A program made the position numbers and the translations under genes. Below are positions 1 to 9,791 of a DNA stretch of 64,000 nt, in pieces. Under the pieces are notes generated by a model. It did not search any database. It worked only from the letters and a program-made list of their open reading frames with translations, and was not told the origin of the DNA. Numbering within the stretch: the first letter of the stretch is position 1; every line of letters starts with the position of its first letter. The DNA comes from an uncultured bacterium (lineage in GTDB: Bacteria; Desulfobacterota_D; UBA1144; Nemesobacterales; UBA2774): contig CAWGRW010000009.1 in NCBI GenBank assembly GCA_963825135.1, forward strand, positions 128,001 to 192,000. Direction: 5' to 3'.

Positions 1-901
1 GACGTTGTCTATATTCTTTATGAATACGATATCGCAGCCGAGCTCGTTTAGGTTCTCGATCAGGGCGCCGTGTCCGGCCGGCCTGAATACGGGCTTCCCG
101 TCGTCGCCGACGAACGGCCTGTTCTCCATATCGACGGCTATGGTGTCGGTCGAAGGCTTCTGTACCGAGCAGCCGATTTCGAGACCCCCCGTCTCCCCGG
201 CGTAGAACCCCTTGACGCTCTCCAGGTGGGCCCTCACCGTCTCCACGATGCTCGGGCGACAGGGTGAAATGCACCCTCGCCGTCCCCGAGGCGTCCTTCG
301 TATAGTGGAGCGCCTCCGCGAGGTGCTCCTCGAAGGCCGTCCTGCTGTGCGCCGGGTGCTTGTGGAATTTGATAATGCCTTTCGGCAGGTTCGAATAGTT
401 AAGCCCCTTCGCGTCTAGCGTGTGCTCGAACACCTCCCGGTATTCGCCCGCCGAGAGGAGCTCTCTCATGTCGTACCCGTTTTTTTCGAGCGCCGATTCG
501 AGGTCGTCGTGAAAGGCGAACCTCGGGAGCTCCCCGATGAACCTGAGAGCGGACCGGGCGTCCCCGTCCCCCTCCCTCGCCGCCCTTTCCAGGCGCGCCC
601 GCTCGAGCGGGCCTCCGGCGGCGGCCGCCTGGAGGTCCCTGAACATCCTGCTCGCCGCCCCTGAAGCCGGGACGAATTTGATAATTTTTTTGCGAACGGA
701 CTCCGATTCGTAATACCGGGCGTAGCCCCCGGCTTCGTCCCTTATGGACACTATCCCGTCCCCGGGCGTGCAGGGTCTCACCAGACGGGACGCGGACATG
801 CCCCTCTCGAACATCCCTATCTGGGACAACACGGTCTCCACGTCCATACCCCTCGATTCGATTTCCCTGATCACATTGCTGCCGAGTATAAGCTCGCTCA
901 T
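1..901 (-). CDS. DUF4301 family protein, runs off the left edge, with a +1 frameshift near 247-250
   Basis: Hand translation from ATG at 901 gives KFVPASGAASRMF, GLNYSNLPKG and HFTLSPEH. The continuation VQKPSTDTIAVDMEN...FRPAGHGALIENL...IKNIDNV is in the adjacent frame. Not in the ORF track. Confidence 0.8.
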   Translation of the reverse strand, partial: MSELILGSNVIREIESRGMDVETVLSQIGMFERGMSASRLVRPCTPGDGIVSIRDEAGGYARYYESESVRKKIIKFVPASGAASRMFRDLQAAAAGGPLERARLERAAREGDGDARSALRFIGELPRFAFHDDLESALEKNGYDMRELLSAGEYREVFEHTLDAKGLNYSNLPKGIIKFHKHPAHSRTAFEEHLAEALHYTKDASGTARVHFTLSPEHRGDGEGPPGERQGVLRRGDGGSRNRLLGTEAFDRHHSRRYGEQAVRRRRREARIQAGRTRRPDREPKRARLRYRIHKEYRQR

Positions 902-1021
902 GCCCTGCTCCCTATACGCCCGTGCTGTACGTTTTAAGTCCGGCAATATTTTATACGGAAAAAATCGCGTCCCCAAGAAGGCGTCCCGCAAGGTGCGGAA
1001 GGGCCGCGTCGGATATAAGAC

Positions 1022-4000
1022 TCACGCCCCCAGGTCGACTCCCGGAGAGGCGCTCTCCGCCGCAGGCGTGTTCAGCCACTTCCTCACCATATCGAGAAGC
1101 GACTTTTTCGTAAGCGGCTTCGTGATGTAATCGTCCATACCGCTCTCCAGGCATTTTTCCCTGTACCCTGTGAGGGCGTGCGCAGTAACCGCGATGATCG
1201 GCGTCCTCCGCCCGGCGTTCCCCTTCTCCCATTCCCTGATCACCGTCGTCGATTCGAAGCCGTCCATAACGGGCATCTGTATGTCCATCAGTATCAGGTC
1301 GTACCAGCTTCCGCGCGCGGCGTCCGCGCCTTCCTGCCCCCCCGAAGCGACGTCGACGGCGTAGCCTCCGATCTCGAGTATCCTCTTCACGAGGTTCTGA
1401 TTGTCGGGCGTGTCGTCCACGACCAGTATGCGCGGCTTATCCCGTTCCCTGACCTTGGCTGATTCGAACGGTGAGCCCGTGTAGCCGGCGTCCGCGCCGC
1501 CCTTCGCATAATTGTCATCCTTGACGAGCCTCGACACGGCTTCGTAGAGCTTCGCGGTCTTTACGGGCTTGACTATGGTTTCGTCTATCCCCTTGTCCTT
1601 GATCTCGGAGAAGTTCATCCCGGCCCACGACGTGAGAAGGAGAATTTTGATGCCTCCGCCTATGGAATTCCTCACGTGCTCCGTGAACTCTATACCGTCC
1701 ATCCCGGGCATCTGCTTGTCCACGATAATCAGCGGGGGCCTGCGGTCCATGTTATGGAGCAGCGACAACGCCGCTCTGCCTCCGCTCGCTTCCAGGACCT
1801 CGAACCCCCAGAGCGAAAGCATCTTCCTCAGCACCGACCTGTTGGTCCCGTTGTCGTCGACCACGAGTACCGGCGTGCCGCGGAAATTGGGCTGGACCCT
1901 CGTGATCCCCCCCTCCTTCTCCCAGTCGAGCTTAAGCGGGAGGCTGAAATAGAACGTGGAGCCCTTCCCGGCCTCGCTCTCGAACCATATCTTTCCGTTC
2001 ATCAGCAGTACGAGCGACTTCGAGATGCTGAGCCCGAGCCCCGCCCCCCCGAACGTCCTCGTAGTCGAGCTGTCCACCTGCGAGAACTTCTCGAATATCT
2101 TCTCCCTGTGCTCCTCCTGTATTCCGATCCCCGTGTCGGCCACCTTGAACTGGAGCTCGACCTCTTCCCCGTCGAGGGGCCTCAGGTTCTCGAGGTTGAT
2201 CAGCACCTCGCCCGTGTCCGTGAACTTTATCGCGTTTATCACCAGGTTCACGAGTACCTGCCTTATCCTCGTCATGTCCCCGATCAGGCGGTCGGGCACG
2301 TTGTGGTTTATGTAGCACACGAGCTCGAGCCCCTTCTCGAAAGCCCTTACCGAGAGAGAATCCACCACCCCCTCGACGAGGTCCTTCAGGCTGAAGGGCT
2401 CCTCCTCGATCTCCATCTGCCCGACTTCGATCCTCGAGAAATCCAGTATTTCGTTAATTAGACTCAGGAGCGCCACCGAGGACGACTCTATTACCCTGAG
2501 CGTCTCCTGCTGCTCGCTCGAGAGCGAGGTGTCGAGCATCAGGTCCGTCATTCCGACGATCGCGTTTAAAGGTGTCCTTATCTCGTGGCTCACGTTCGCG
2601 AGGAACTCTGACTTGGCCTGGCTCGCGGCCTCCGCCGCTTCCTTCGCGTGCTTGAGCTCCTCCTCGGTCATCTTCATTTCGGATACGTCCATCAGGCTCC
2701 CGAGGATCGCCTGCCTGCCCCTGTACTGTATCGACGTGCTCGTCTCCATCACCCATTTGATCTCGCCCTTGCCCGTCACTACCCTGTATTCGTACGGGAG
2801 CTTCCTCTCCCCCTCCTGCATCTGCCTCGACTTCTCCCTCACGTCGTCGCGGTCGAGCGCGTGCACGAGCTTCCACGGGTTCGTGCCGACGAGCTCGTCC
2901 CTCGCGTAACCCATGAATTCCTCGAACTGCGGGTTTACGTATTCGAATCTAGAGTCCTGTATTATGAACACCCCTATGGGCGTTCCGGTCGAAAGGGTCT
3001 CGAACAGCTCCTCGGCCTGCTTCCTCTCGGAGACGTCCATCAGCGTGCCGAGCACCGCGTCTTTACCCATGTACTGAATAGACCTCACGACCTCCATCGA
3101 CCACATCATGCTGCCGTCCTTCCTTACCGCCCTGTATTCGTAGGGGGCATTGATCTCGCCCTTCAGCATCCGCACCGCGTTCTGCCTGACCGACTCCCTG
3201 TCCTCGCCGTAGATATACCATGCCGACTTACTGCCGAGGAGCTCCTCCTCGCTATACCCCGTATATTTCTGGAACTGCGGGTTGACGAATTTGAATTCAC
3301 CGTTCTGGACGATGTATATGCCTATAGGAGAGCTCGTGGAGAGCGTCCTCAGCATGACCTCCACCCTCCGGCGGTCGGTGACGTCGGCTACGCTGCCGAG
3401 CACCGCGCTCTTGTCCCCGAACCTTATCCCGGTGACTGTCTCCGTGAGCCACTTAACCTCGTTATCCTTGCTGAGTATCCTGTACTCGTAAGGCTCGGCG
3501 CCAGAGCTCTCGAGCATCCGCCTCGACTTCTCCTTCGCCGATTCCCGGTCGAGATAGTGGATAATCCTGTCGGCGGGCGTCCCCAGAAGCTCGTCTTCCG
3601 GGTATCCGGTGTAATCGCAGTACTGCCTGTTCACGTACCTTATCTCACCGTCCTGAACTATGTAGATACCTAACGGCGAGCTCGTGGAGAGCGTCCTCAG
3701 CATCTCCTCGGCGTGCTTTCCCGGAGTGACGTCGACGACGCTTCCGAGGAGCGCCTGCTTCCCGCCGTACGTAATTTTCGTGACCGTATCGGATACCCAG
3801 ACGGCCCGTTTTTTCCCGTTGATTATTCTGTACTCGCAGCGGACCGAAGCCGCCCCGTCGTCGATCCCCCGTATAAGCCTGATGCGCTCTTCCCTGTCGT
3901 CGGGTGAAACGAGCGCCTCCATTTTAGAGCCTATAAGCTCCTTTTCCTTATAGCCGGTAACCTTTTCGTACGCGGGGTTTACAAACATGAAACGCCCGTC

Positions 4001-4999
4001 CGAGATTATGTAAGTTCCGCAGGCCGAGCCCGCGGACACAGTTTCGAGAAAATCTTCCGAGGCTTTGAGCGCCCGTATTTTCTCATCGAGCCTGCCTACG
4101 GCCGAGCGGTTCTCCTCCTCAGCCCTTTCCAGCCTGACAGCGGCTTCCCTCGATTTTTTCTCCGCGTGCCTCTTCTCCCTGTAATTCCTCGAGTACTCGA
4201 GCGTGAGCCCGAGGAACGGGATGAAGCAGGCCAGCACCTTGAGGAAATCGGCGTACAGAAAATGCTCGCCCGGAAATAGAGACGAGACGAGGGTGGTGAA
4301 GATTTCCGATGCGAGGAGCGGTATCAGCGTTATCTCGAGGACGTAGGACATGAGCGTCCTCCTCGCGCTCGTATAATATTCGGCGGCGAGCGCGGCGGCG
4401 ATTACGGACGCCATCGGAGCGAGCGTCCATAAACGGGTCAGGAGCGTATGCGCGTCGGGGGAGCCCGACCTCAGGCCCGTTTCGGCGAGCGTGTAAATTA
4501 TCCCGAGCGAAACGCCGATTATCACGGAGCCGGTGATGAGATAGGGCCCGGTCCTCTTCTCGAATTCCCCCTCCGTCTTTTTCCTGAGCAGCAACAGCGC
4601 GCCCGCGAGTATGAGGACAGCCGGGAAGAGGTCAACCGCTCCCGAGGATACGGATATAAAGAATTCCCTGTAAACGCCTACCTTGAACAAATATGAGGCG
4701 AAGAGCTGGAAACCGCTTATGACGGCTGTGCCGATAAGGGAAACGCCGAATATGAAAGTTATCCTGCTCCTCTCGAGTGAGTAGTGCATCAGACAAAGCG
4801 TCCCCGAGAAGAGGGAGACGAGGATGGTCGCCGTGACGGTGATCCTGAAAGCCTCGGTCACCTCAAGGTACCTCATCCTGAAATCGGCGCCGAGGAGCGA
4901 CAGCACGAAGGGCATGACGGAGAGCGCGAGGACGGCAATGAAGAGCCCTTTCGGGAACCGCGAATTTCCTGATTTAGCAGTCAGCTTTTCCGAATTCAT
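1022..4999 (-). CDS. Membrane hybrid sensor histidine kinase: multi-TM N-terminus, 4 PAS, HisKA/HATPase, 2 receiver domains
   Basis: FLANVSHEIRTPLN H-box; NLVINAIKFT, DTGIGI and GGAGLGL boxes; two VLVVDD-type receivers; four GxYIxQ...FVNP-type PAS repeats. Confidence 0.92.
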   Translation of the reverse strand: MNSEKLTAKSGNSRFPKGLFIAVLALSVMPFVLSLLGADFRMRYLEVTEAFRITVTATILVSLFSGTLCLMHYSLERSRITFIFGVSLIGTAVISGFQLFASYLFKVGVYREFFISVSSGAVDLFPAVLILAGALLLLRKKTEGEFEKRTGPYLITGSVIIGVSLGIIYTLAETGLRSGSPDAHTLLTRLWTLAPMASVIAAALAAEYYTSARRTLMSYVLEITLIPLLASEIFTTLVSSLFPGEHFLYADFLKVLACFIPFLGLTLEYSRNYREKRHAEKKSREAAVRLERAEEENRSAVGRLDEKIRALKASEDFLETVSAGSACGTYIISDGRFMFVNPAYEKVTGYKEKELIGSKMEALVSPDDREERIRLIRGIDDGAASVRCEYRIINGKKRAVWVSDTVTKITYGGKQALLGSVVDVTPGKHAEEMLRTLSTSSPLGIYIVQDGEIRYVNRQYCDYTGYPEDELLGTPADRIIHYLDRESAKEKSRRMLESSGAEPYEYRILSKDNEVKWLTETVTGIRFGDKSAVLGSVADVTDRRRVEVMLRTLSTSSPIGIYIVQNGEFKFVNPQFQKYTGYSEEELLGSKSAWYIYGEDRESVRQNAVRMLKGEINAPYEYRAVRKDGSMMWSMEVVRSIQYMGKDAVLGTLMDVSERKQAEELFETLSTGTPIGVFIIQDSRFEYVNPQFEEFMGYARDELVGTNPWKLVHALDRDDVREKSRQMQEGERKLPYEYRVVTGKGEIKWVMETSTSIQYRGRQAILGSLMDVSEMKMTEEELKHAKEAAEAASQAKSEFLANVSHEIRTPLNAIVGMTDLMLDTSLSSEQQETLRVIESSSVALLSLINEILDFSRIEVGQMEIEEEPFSLKDLVEGVVDSLSVRAFEKGLELVCYINHNVPDRLIGDMTRIRQVLVNLVINAIKFTDTGEVLINLENLRPLDGEEVELQFKVADTGIGIQEEHREKIFEKFSQVDSSTTRTFGGAGLGLSISKSLVLLMNGKIWFESEAGKGSTFYFSLPLKLDWEKEGGITRVQPNFRGTPVLVVDDNGTNRSVLRKMLSLWGFEVLEASGGRAALSLLHNMDRRPPLIIVDKQMPGMDGIEFTEHVRNSIGGGIKILLLTSWAGMNFSEIKDKGIDETIVKPVKTAKLYEAVSRLVKDDNYAKGGADAGYTGSPFESAKVRERDKPRILVVDDTPDNQNLVKRILEIGGYAVDVASGGQEGADAARGSWYDLILMDIQMPVMDGFESTTVIREWEKGNAGRRTPIIAVTAHALTGYREKCLESGMDDYITKPLTKKSLLDMVRKWLNTPAAESASPGVDLGA

Positions 5000-5051
5000 G
5001 CCATGTCCGTAGGGGACAAATAAACATTAAAGTATCCCATTCCTGAATCAG

Positions 5052-5066
5052 GCAATTCCCATGCCA
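5052..5066 (-). promoter_or_regulatory. sigma54 (-24/-12) promoter for the hybrid kinase
   Basis: Minus strand TGGCATGGGAATTGC (GG-N10-GC), about 50 bp upstream of the ATG; palindromes at 5139-5153 (TGACAATAATTGTCA) and 5158-5174 sit at enhancer distance. Confidence 0.65.
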
Positions 5067-5326
5067 TGTTTATCGCATGATAACCAGCCGTATCCACTAG
5101 AAATCATGAAGATTTTTGGCGCCCTCAAACGGCACGTATGACAATAATTGTCAAAACTCCGCCAAAATTGCGGAAATTAGCGAATTTGTGAAATATGGAA
5201 TATCGACGTCCGTAAGCGCAGCCGCCTCCCCCGACTTGCGCAATCCCCCCCGGTCGAGTTACTATTAATCTCCGAATTGCTTAATGACGCCATTTCTCAA
5301 ACTAAACGTTAGGCAGGGGTCCGGTC

Positions 5327-5839
5327 ATGAAAAACACAGGGGACGCACTAATCAACCGTACTTCGGGTCTGATCGTGTTAATTTCCTCGATCGTAATGAT
5401 CGCGTTCATGGTAACGGGAGGGTGCGAAGGCGACGGCGACGGCACCCCGCCCTCGGCTACGGGGTTCCCACCGGAATGCAACGGCACTTTCGACGTCGAT
5501 CTCAGCTGTCCGGCCTCGAGCCTGGCCGGCTCCACATGCCTTCCTTATGTATGCGATATCGTAGACGACACCGGGAACCCGCCCGAGATCGTCGACACGA
5601 CGACTATAATTTTCGGCAAAAGCTGCACGCAAGCGGACTGCTTCACGCTCGAATGTCAGGACATATTTAACGGACCTGTGATCGATGCCGATGCGGCGAC
5701 TATCATCATAGAGAGCGTAAGCGGCACTCCCGTCGGAGGGGACGTCGGAGGCGAGGTGTTTCAGGGAACTCCCGACGGCAGAATTATTATCGATAACGAG
5801 GAATTCACCCTCGACTGCAACGCGATTGTTGTCCCGTGA
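5327..5839 (+). CDS. Cys-rich acidic putative lipoprotein, unknown function
   Basis: Hydrophobic N-terminus ending VTGGC (lipobox-like); several Cys in the mature part. Confidence 0.6.
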   Translation: MKNTGDALINRTSGLIVLISSIVMIAFMVTGGCEGDGDGTPPSATGFPPECNGTFDVDLSCPASSLAGSTCLPYVCDIVDDTGNPPEIVDTTTIIFGKSCTQADCFTLECQDIFNGPVIDADAATIIIESVSGTPVGGDVGGEVFQGTPDGRIIIDNEEFTLDCNAIVVP

Positions 5840-5979
5840 ATAAGCAGTGCGCGGAGAGACGAGGCCGTAGAGTTCTCAAATAAAAAAGTGTGACATATAG
5901 AGCCCGATCAGCTTCACGCCTGCGGCCCGGTATTTACAAGGCTATTGCCGGCTGTATTATTTCCAGAGGAGGGACCGAC

Positions 5980-6307
5980 ATGCGAAAGAACGTACTCACG
6001 ATTCCGGACGGCAATCATAATCGGCCTGCTCGTATCGGCGGCCGCCTGCGCCCAGCCCGCAGCCGAGCCGGGCAAGGTATACGACCCGGGCCAGGTCTCG
6101 GCGACGTGCGCCGAGAATCTCGGGCTCGACGGCGCGGTAATAATGTCTCTCGCTGCGGCTTTCAGGGACTCGGACGGCAAGATAACCGACTCGTTTAAGG
6201 AAAAGGCGAGCAAGGACATTGCGGAGTCGGAGAACGTACAGCCTTCCGAGAACGACGCCGTATTCCAGCAGTACATCTCGTGCCTCGAAAGCTCCGTGGC
6301 GCAGTGA
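5980..6307 (+). CDS. Small putative lipoprotein, paralog of 6366..6713; likely +1 frameshift near 6002
   Basis: GGAGG RBS and ATG at 5980 are one base out of frame with the signal/lipobox IIIGLLVSAAAC; aligns by eye to the next gene. Confidence 0.55.
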
Positions 6308-6365
6308 TAGACGGCCCGTGCCGCCGCGGCCTTTACAACCCCCGAGATTTCTGTAGAATTGGATT

Positions 6366-6713
6366 ATGAAAATCAAGCATCCGAAAAATCCCGCCCTATA
6401 TTATTCGCTAGTCCTGATTTGCGCGCTCGTAGCCGCGACGGGCTGTTTCTGGAAAGGAGACGAGGTCAAGTTTCCGAAGGCGTCCGACCCGGAGGCCGCG
6501 GCAACGTCTTGCGCTCAGAGCCAGGGGTTCGACGAACAGGTAACCAAACGTCTGACCTATCAGTTCAAAGAACACGACGGCGAGGTGAGCGACGATTTCA
6601 AGCTCGCGGCTTCGACCATAATTTCCGAATCCGGCAAAGTGCCCGCCCCGCAGCGCAATGCCGTGTTGAAGGAATATTTTTCCTGCCTCGCAGGTCCTGC
6701 CGAGAAGAAGTAG
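6366..6713 (+). CDS. Small putative lipoprotein, unknown function
   Basis: LVAATGC lipobox; shares a DP..C..G.D...F...DG...FK..AS..I.ES...AV...Y.SCL pattern with the upstream gene. Confidence 0.65.
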   Translation: MKIKHPKNPALYYSLVLICALVAATGCFWKGDEVKFPKASDPEAAATSCAQSQGFDEQVTKRLTYQFKEHDGEVSDDFKLAASTIISESGKVPAPQRNAVLKEYFSCLAGPAEKK

Positions 6714-6760
6714 CTCTCCCGCACCGGGAGAGGGTCAGGAGTCACGGGTGAGCCGTGTTT

Positions 6761-7561
6761 TCACTTCTTTTCGGGCGGCGAGACCTTTTCCATCACTATC
6801 GAGCCCGTCAGGCACACGTACTGGAACTGGAGCTGCCACGCCGGCGACAGCCAGGGCCCTTCGAGGACGGTCGGAATAGTCGTTATCTCCGTGAACACCT
6901 GTCTCATCACCTTCGCCCCCGGCCCTCCCGGACCGCTGTAGTCGCCCGCGAAGAGCTGGTCGAGCTTCTGAAGCGCCTGGCTCGCCGCGTTATACTCCGA
7001 GACCGCGATCCGCTTGCTCGCGAACTCTCCGCTCGTCATGGGCCCCTGCTTGTCTATGGTCCTTATTAGCGCCCTCGCGGAGTTCCGCGCTTCCGTGGCG
7101 AATTTCTTGTCTTCGGCCTCGTTCCCGCCCGCCGACTGCAATATGTTGAAGCTGATGCCGTACACCTTCTCCCCCGCCTGCCCGAGCGCCGACCTGTATA
7201 TGGAGCCCTTGCCCGCCCAGGTCGCGTCTATATTGGCGTTGTCGGTGAAAGCCTTGTACGTGCCCGCATAATATACACCGAACACCTCGGCCAGCTTTGC
7301 CGCGTCTCCCGTAAGGCCCGTTACCGGATACTTATAGAGGTTCTCGATCTTCGGGTCGGCCGCAACCTTGTCCCTCCACATGCCGTTCGCGGCGTTCGTC
7401 CCCTTGGGCAGGTTCATGTTCGAAAGCTCGTAGAGCCTGTAGAGCAGCACCTGGAACCTGAGATTAATGTCCTTTACGGCCTTTGCCTCGTCCTGGGCCT
7501 GAGCGCGTGCCGCCGCCCCCAGAAAAAGTACCATTATCAATGCGATATATGCCTTTCTCAT
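6761..7561 (-). CDS. Secreted hypothetical protein
   Basis: Signal peptide MRKAYIALIMVLFLGAAARA; 266 aa with genome-like codon usage. Confidence 0.7.
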   Translation of the reverse strand: MRKAYIALIMVLFLGAAARAQAQDEAKAVKDINLRFQVLLYRLYELSNMNLPKGTNAANGMWRDKVAADPKIENLYKYPVTGLTGDAAKLAEVFGVYYAGTYKAFTDNANIDATWAGKGSIYRSALGQAGEKVYGISFNILQSAGGNEAEDKKFATEARNSARALIRTIDKQGPMTSGEFASKRIAVSEYNAASQALQKLDQLFAGDYSGPGGPGAKVMRQVFTEITTIPTVLEGPWLSPAWQLQFQYVCLTGSIVMEKVSPPEKK

Positions 7562-7738
7562 TTCAATATCCCCCTGTCTGGGCGGGCTATAAACTACGCA
7601 CCCGCAACAGATTACATTAAAGCAAATTTATTCCCCCTAGTCCAGAGGATTTATCAGTTCGAGAGATTTATCGATATCACCCGGCGGACGCAAATAATCA
7701 GCGGCATGAATACCCTTACGGCCCTAAGTCTTAAAAAT

Positions 7739-7790
7739 CGGCACAGACGACTGGACTTGAACCCGCGGCCACCGGTTTGACAGGCCGGCA
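7739..7790 (-). repeat. Degenerate tRNA-Asp 3' fragment R1 (att-like)
   Basis: cggcacagacgactggacttgaacccgcggccaccggtttgacaggccggca aligns without gaps to 24029-24080, 41/52 by manual count, and includes the GTC anticodon. Confidence 0.85.
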
Positions 7791-7900
7791 GCCCTCCTTT
7801 CCCGGGCGGACGGAGTTTGTGTTTTACTCATCGTCACACTATAATAGATTTTATATATCAATATTCCTCATAATTCGCGACTTAAACAGGAGGCAATAAC

Positions 7901-8278
7901 ATGAGCGTGAAAATAATTAATGCTATTTTATTGCTTTTCGTATTATCCATACCCGCTTTGGCTGCGGATACCCCTAAGATGCCCGAGGCAGACACTCCGG
8001 ACATGCCGAAAGTGGACACTCCCGAGATGCCCAAAGCAGATACTCCGGACATGCCGAAAGTAGACACTCCCGAGATGCCGAAAGCGGATACTCCGGACAT
8101 GCCGAAAGTAGACACTCCCGAGATGCCCAAAGCGGATACTCCGGACATGCCGAAAGTGGATACTCCGGACATGCTGAAAGCGGATACTCCCGAGATGCCG
8201 AAAGTGGATACTCCGGACATGCCGAAAGTAGACACTCCGGACATGCCCAAGGCAGATAATCCGGCAGCACCCGAATAA
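7901..8278 (+). CDS. Secreted protein made of 13 tandem 8-aa repeats ([AV]DTP[DE]MPK)
   Basis: AGGAGG RBS, 21-aa signal peptide, then 13 x 8 aa. Confidence 0.8.
   Translation: MSVKIINAILLLFVLSIPALAADTPKMPEADTPDMPKVDTPEMPKADTPDMPKVDTPEMPKADTPDMPKVDTPEMPKADTPDMPKVDTPDMLKADTPEMPKVDTPDMPKVDTPDMPKADNPAAPE
7964..8275 (+). repeat. 24-bp tandem repeat, 13 units, partial 48-bp higher-order alternation
   Basis: gc/gt-N-gaY-act-ccS-gaS-atg-ccS-aaR units read directly. Confidence 0.9.
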
Positions 8279-8416
8279 AGATATGTGAAAGTACATCCAC
8301 TCTATCAAGTGTAATTAAGCTCAACCCTCACGCGAGCTGACGTGTCAGTCAATGTCTAATAGGGATTGGAAATACAGGCAGTGACGCGGGACATTTACCC
8401 CCCTCCCCCCCGATTT

Positions 8417-9540
8417 CTAGGAGTGATCGATCAGGTACACGATCTGATCCTGGCTATGCATAAACCTGTAGTAGATGGAATACCATATGAGGATATAGAG
8501 CAGAGGGAAGACGAACCTCGCCGCTACGTTCCCGTAATCCCATATCTTCAGCTTTCCGTGGTGCTTGAACAACTCGAAGCTTATGACCGAAACGATCGTA
8601 ACGCCGCACATCAGGTATCCGGACAATATTATCGCGTCCAGAATCGTCAAGTAAGACACGTTCGGGAAGAAGCTCGATACGACGAAATTAAACGCCACGG
8701 CGGTCAGCGCGAAAGCGGCCACGATGCTCACGCGCCTGTCGAGCGACTCCCTCTGCATCCAGAATACACAGGTCGAGAGCAGTATGAAAAAGCAGAACGG
8801 AAATAGTATCCTCCACAGATAATACGCGGTCCTCCTTTCCATAGGGACGTAAAAGCTGACGTACGACCAGTCATCGGTTTCCGATTCCCAGAGCCTCCTG
8901 ATACCCGCTGTAGACGACATCTCGTGGAGTATCCACTCGTCGTTCTGAAAGTTATGATTGACGCCCGTCCTCTCGCTCCAGACCTTATAGTCGAGCTCGT
9001 CCTTGGGATATGAAAAGGATTCGAATTCCATCCTGACCGTCTGAAGGTCAAACGGGAATTTCCGGAATTCGAGCGTCGTCGCGGTATCCGCCACGAACAC
9101 GGAGGAATATACGATGTCCCCGTCCGGGTGAATGAGGAGTCTCTTGTTTATCTCCGTTATTGCGCCCAGCTGATTGGTGATCTGCGGGTCGGGCCACCAC
9201 ATGTATTTTATGCGCTCCGCGACCTCGTCTCCCATAACTATGTCCGGTTTATGATCCGCGCTCTCGAACGCCTCCTGGGGTCTTTCCAGTGAAGGGACAG
9301 GGCGTACCGGGCGCTCAGCATCTGCTTCGGCTGATCGAGCTTGATAAAATCGAGCAAATAAAGTCCGACGTCCACGGTCGTAGGCCCCCCGGCGTTGGGC
9401 GGAGTATTGTACTCCTTATGCTGTTGGGAAGCGAGGCTCGCGGCCGGGAGCAGAAAGAGATATATAACCAGGAGCGCGCCCATAACATCGAGCGCTCTCA
9501 AAGCGGTTCTACGCCCGCCATCAAGCGGGGCCGAATTCAT
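8417..9540 (-). CDS. Prokaryotic pentameric ligand-gated ion channel (GLIC/ELIC-like), split by a 1-nt frameshift at about 9273
   Basis: PTTVDVGLY, WKDPR, WWP, FPFDLQ (Pro-loop) and four C-terminal TM helices, spread across ORFs 9238..9561 and 8417..9235. Confidence 0.8.
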
Positions 9541-9713
9541 ACTTATCACTGCGGGAAGCACCCCGCTCTCAAGGGTTGTGTAATCATTAGAACCTGACCG
9601 GCGCGCCGTAAAAAGCCGGACAGGTAAGTTTACAACCGAATATCGTCTAAAAGCAAAGCCCTTCCAGAGATAGGTAAATAATTTCCGAATGATAGGGAAT
9701 CTCCGGAAAGGAA

Positions 9714-9750
9714 AGGCCGGGACGACGGGGCTTGAACCCGCACCGTCCGG
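9714..9750 (-). repeat. Degenerate tRNA-Asp 3' fragment R2 (att-like)
   Basis: aggccgggacgacggggcttgaacccgcaccgtccgg vs tggcggggacgacgggacttgaacccgcgacctctgg. Confidence 0.8.
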
Positions 9751-9791
9751 TCCGGACCTCCAACAATCAGCTCAGGACCTAACTCCGGACC

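Noticed and set aside
7739..7790. R1 (or R2-R4) as functional tRNA genes
   Set aside because: No D-arm or 5' acceptor strand, CCA is mutated, and the stems are broken.
7964..8275. Possible CRISPR array
   Set aside because: Units are contiguous 24-mers with no unique spacers, in frame within a signal-peptide ORF; no cas genes.
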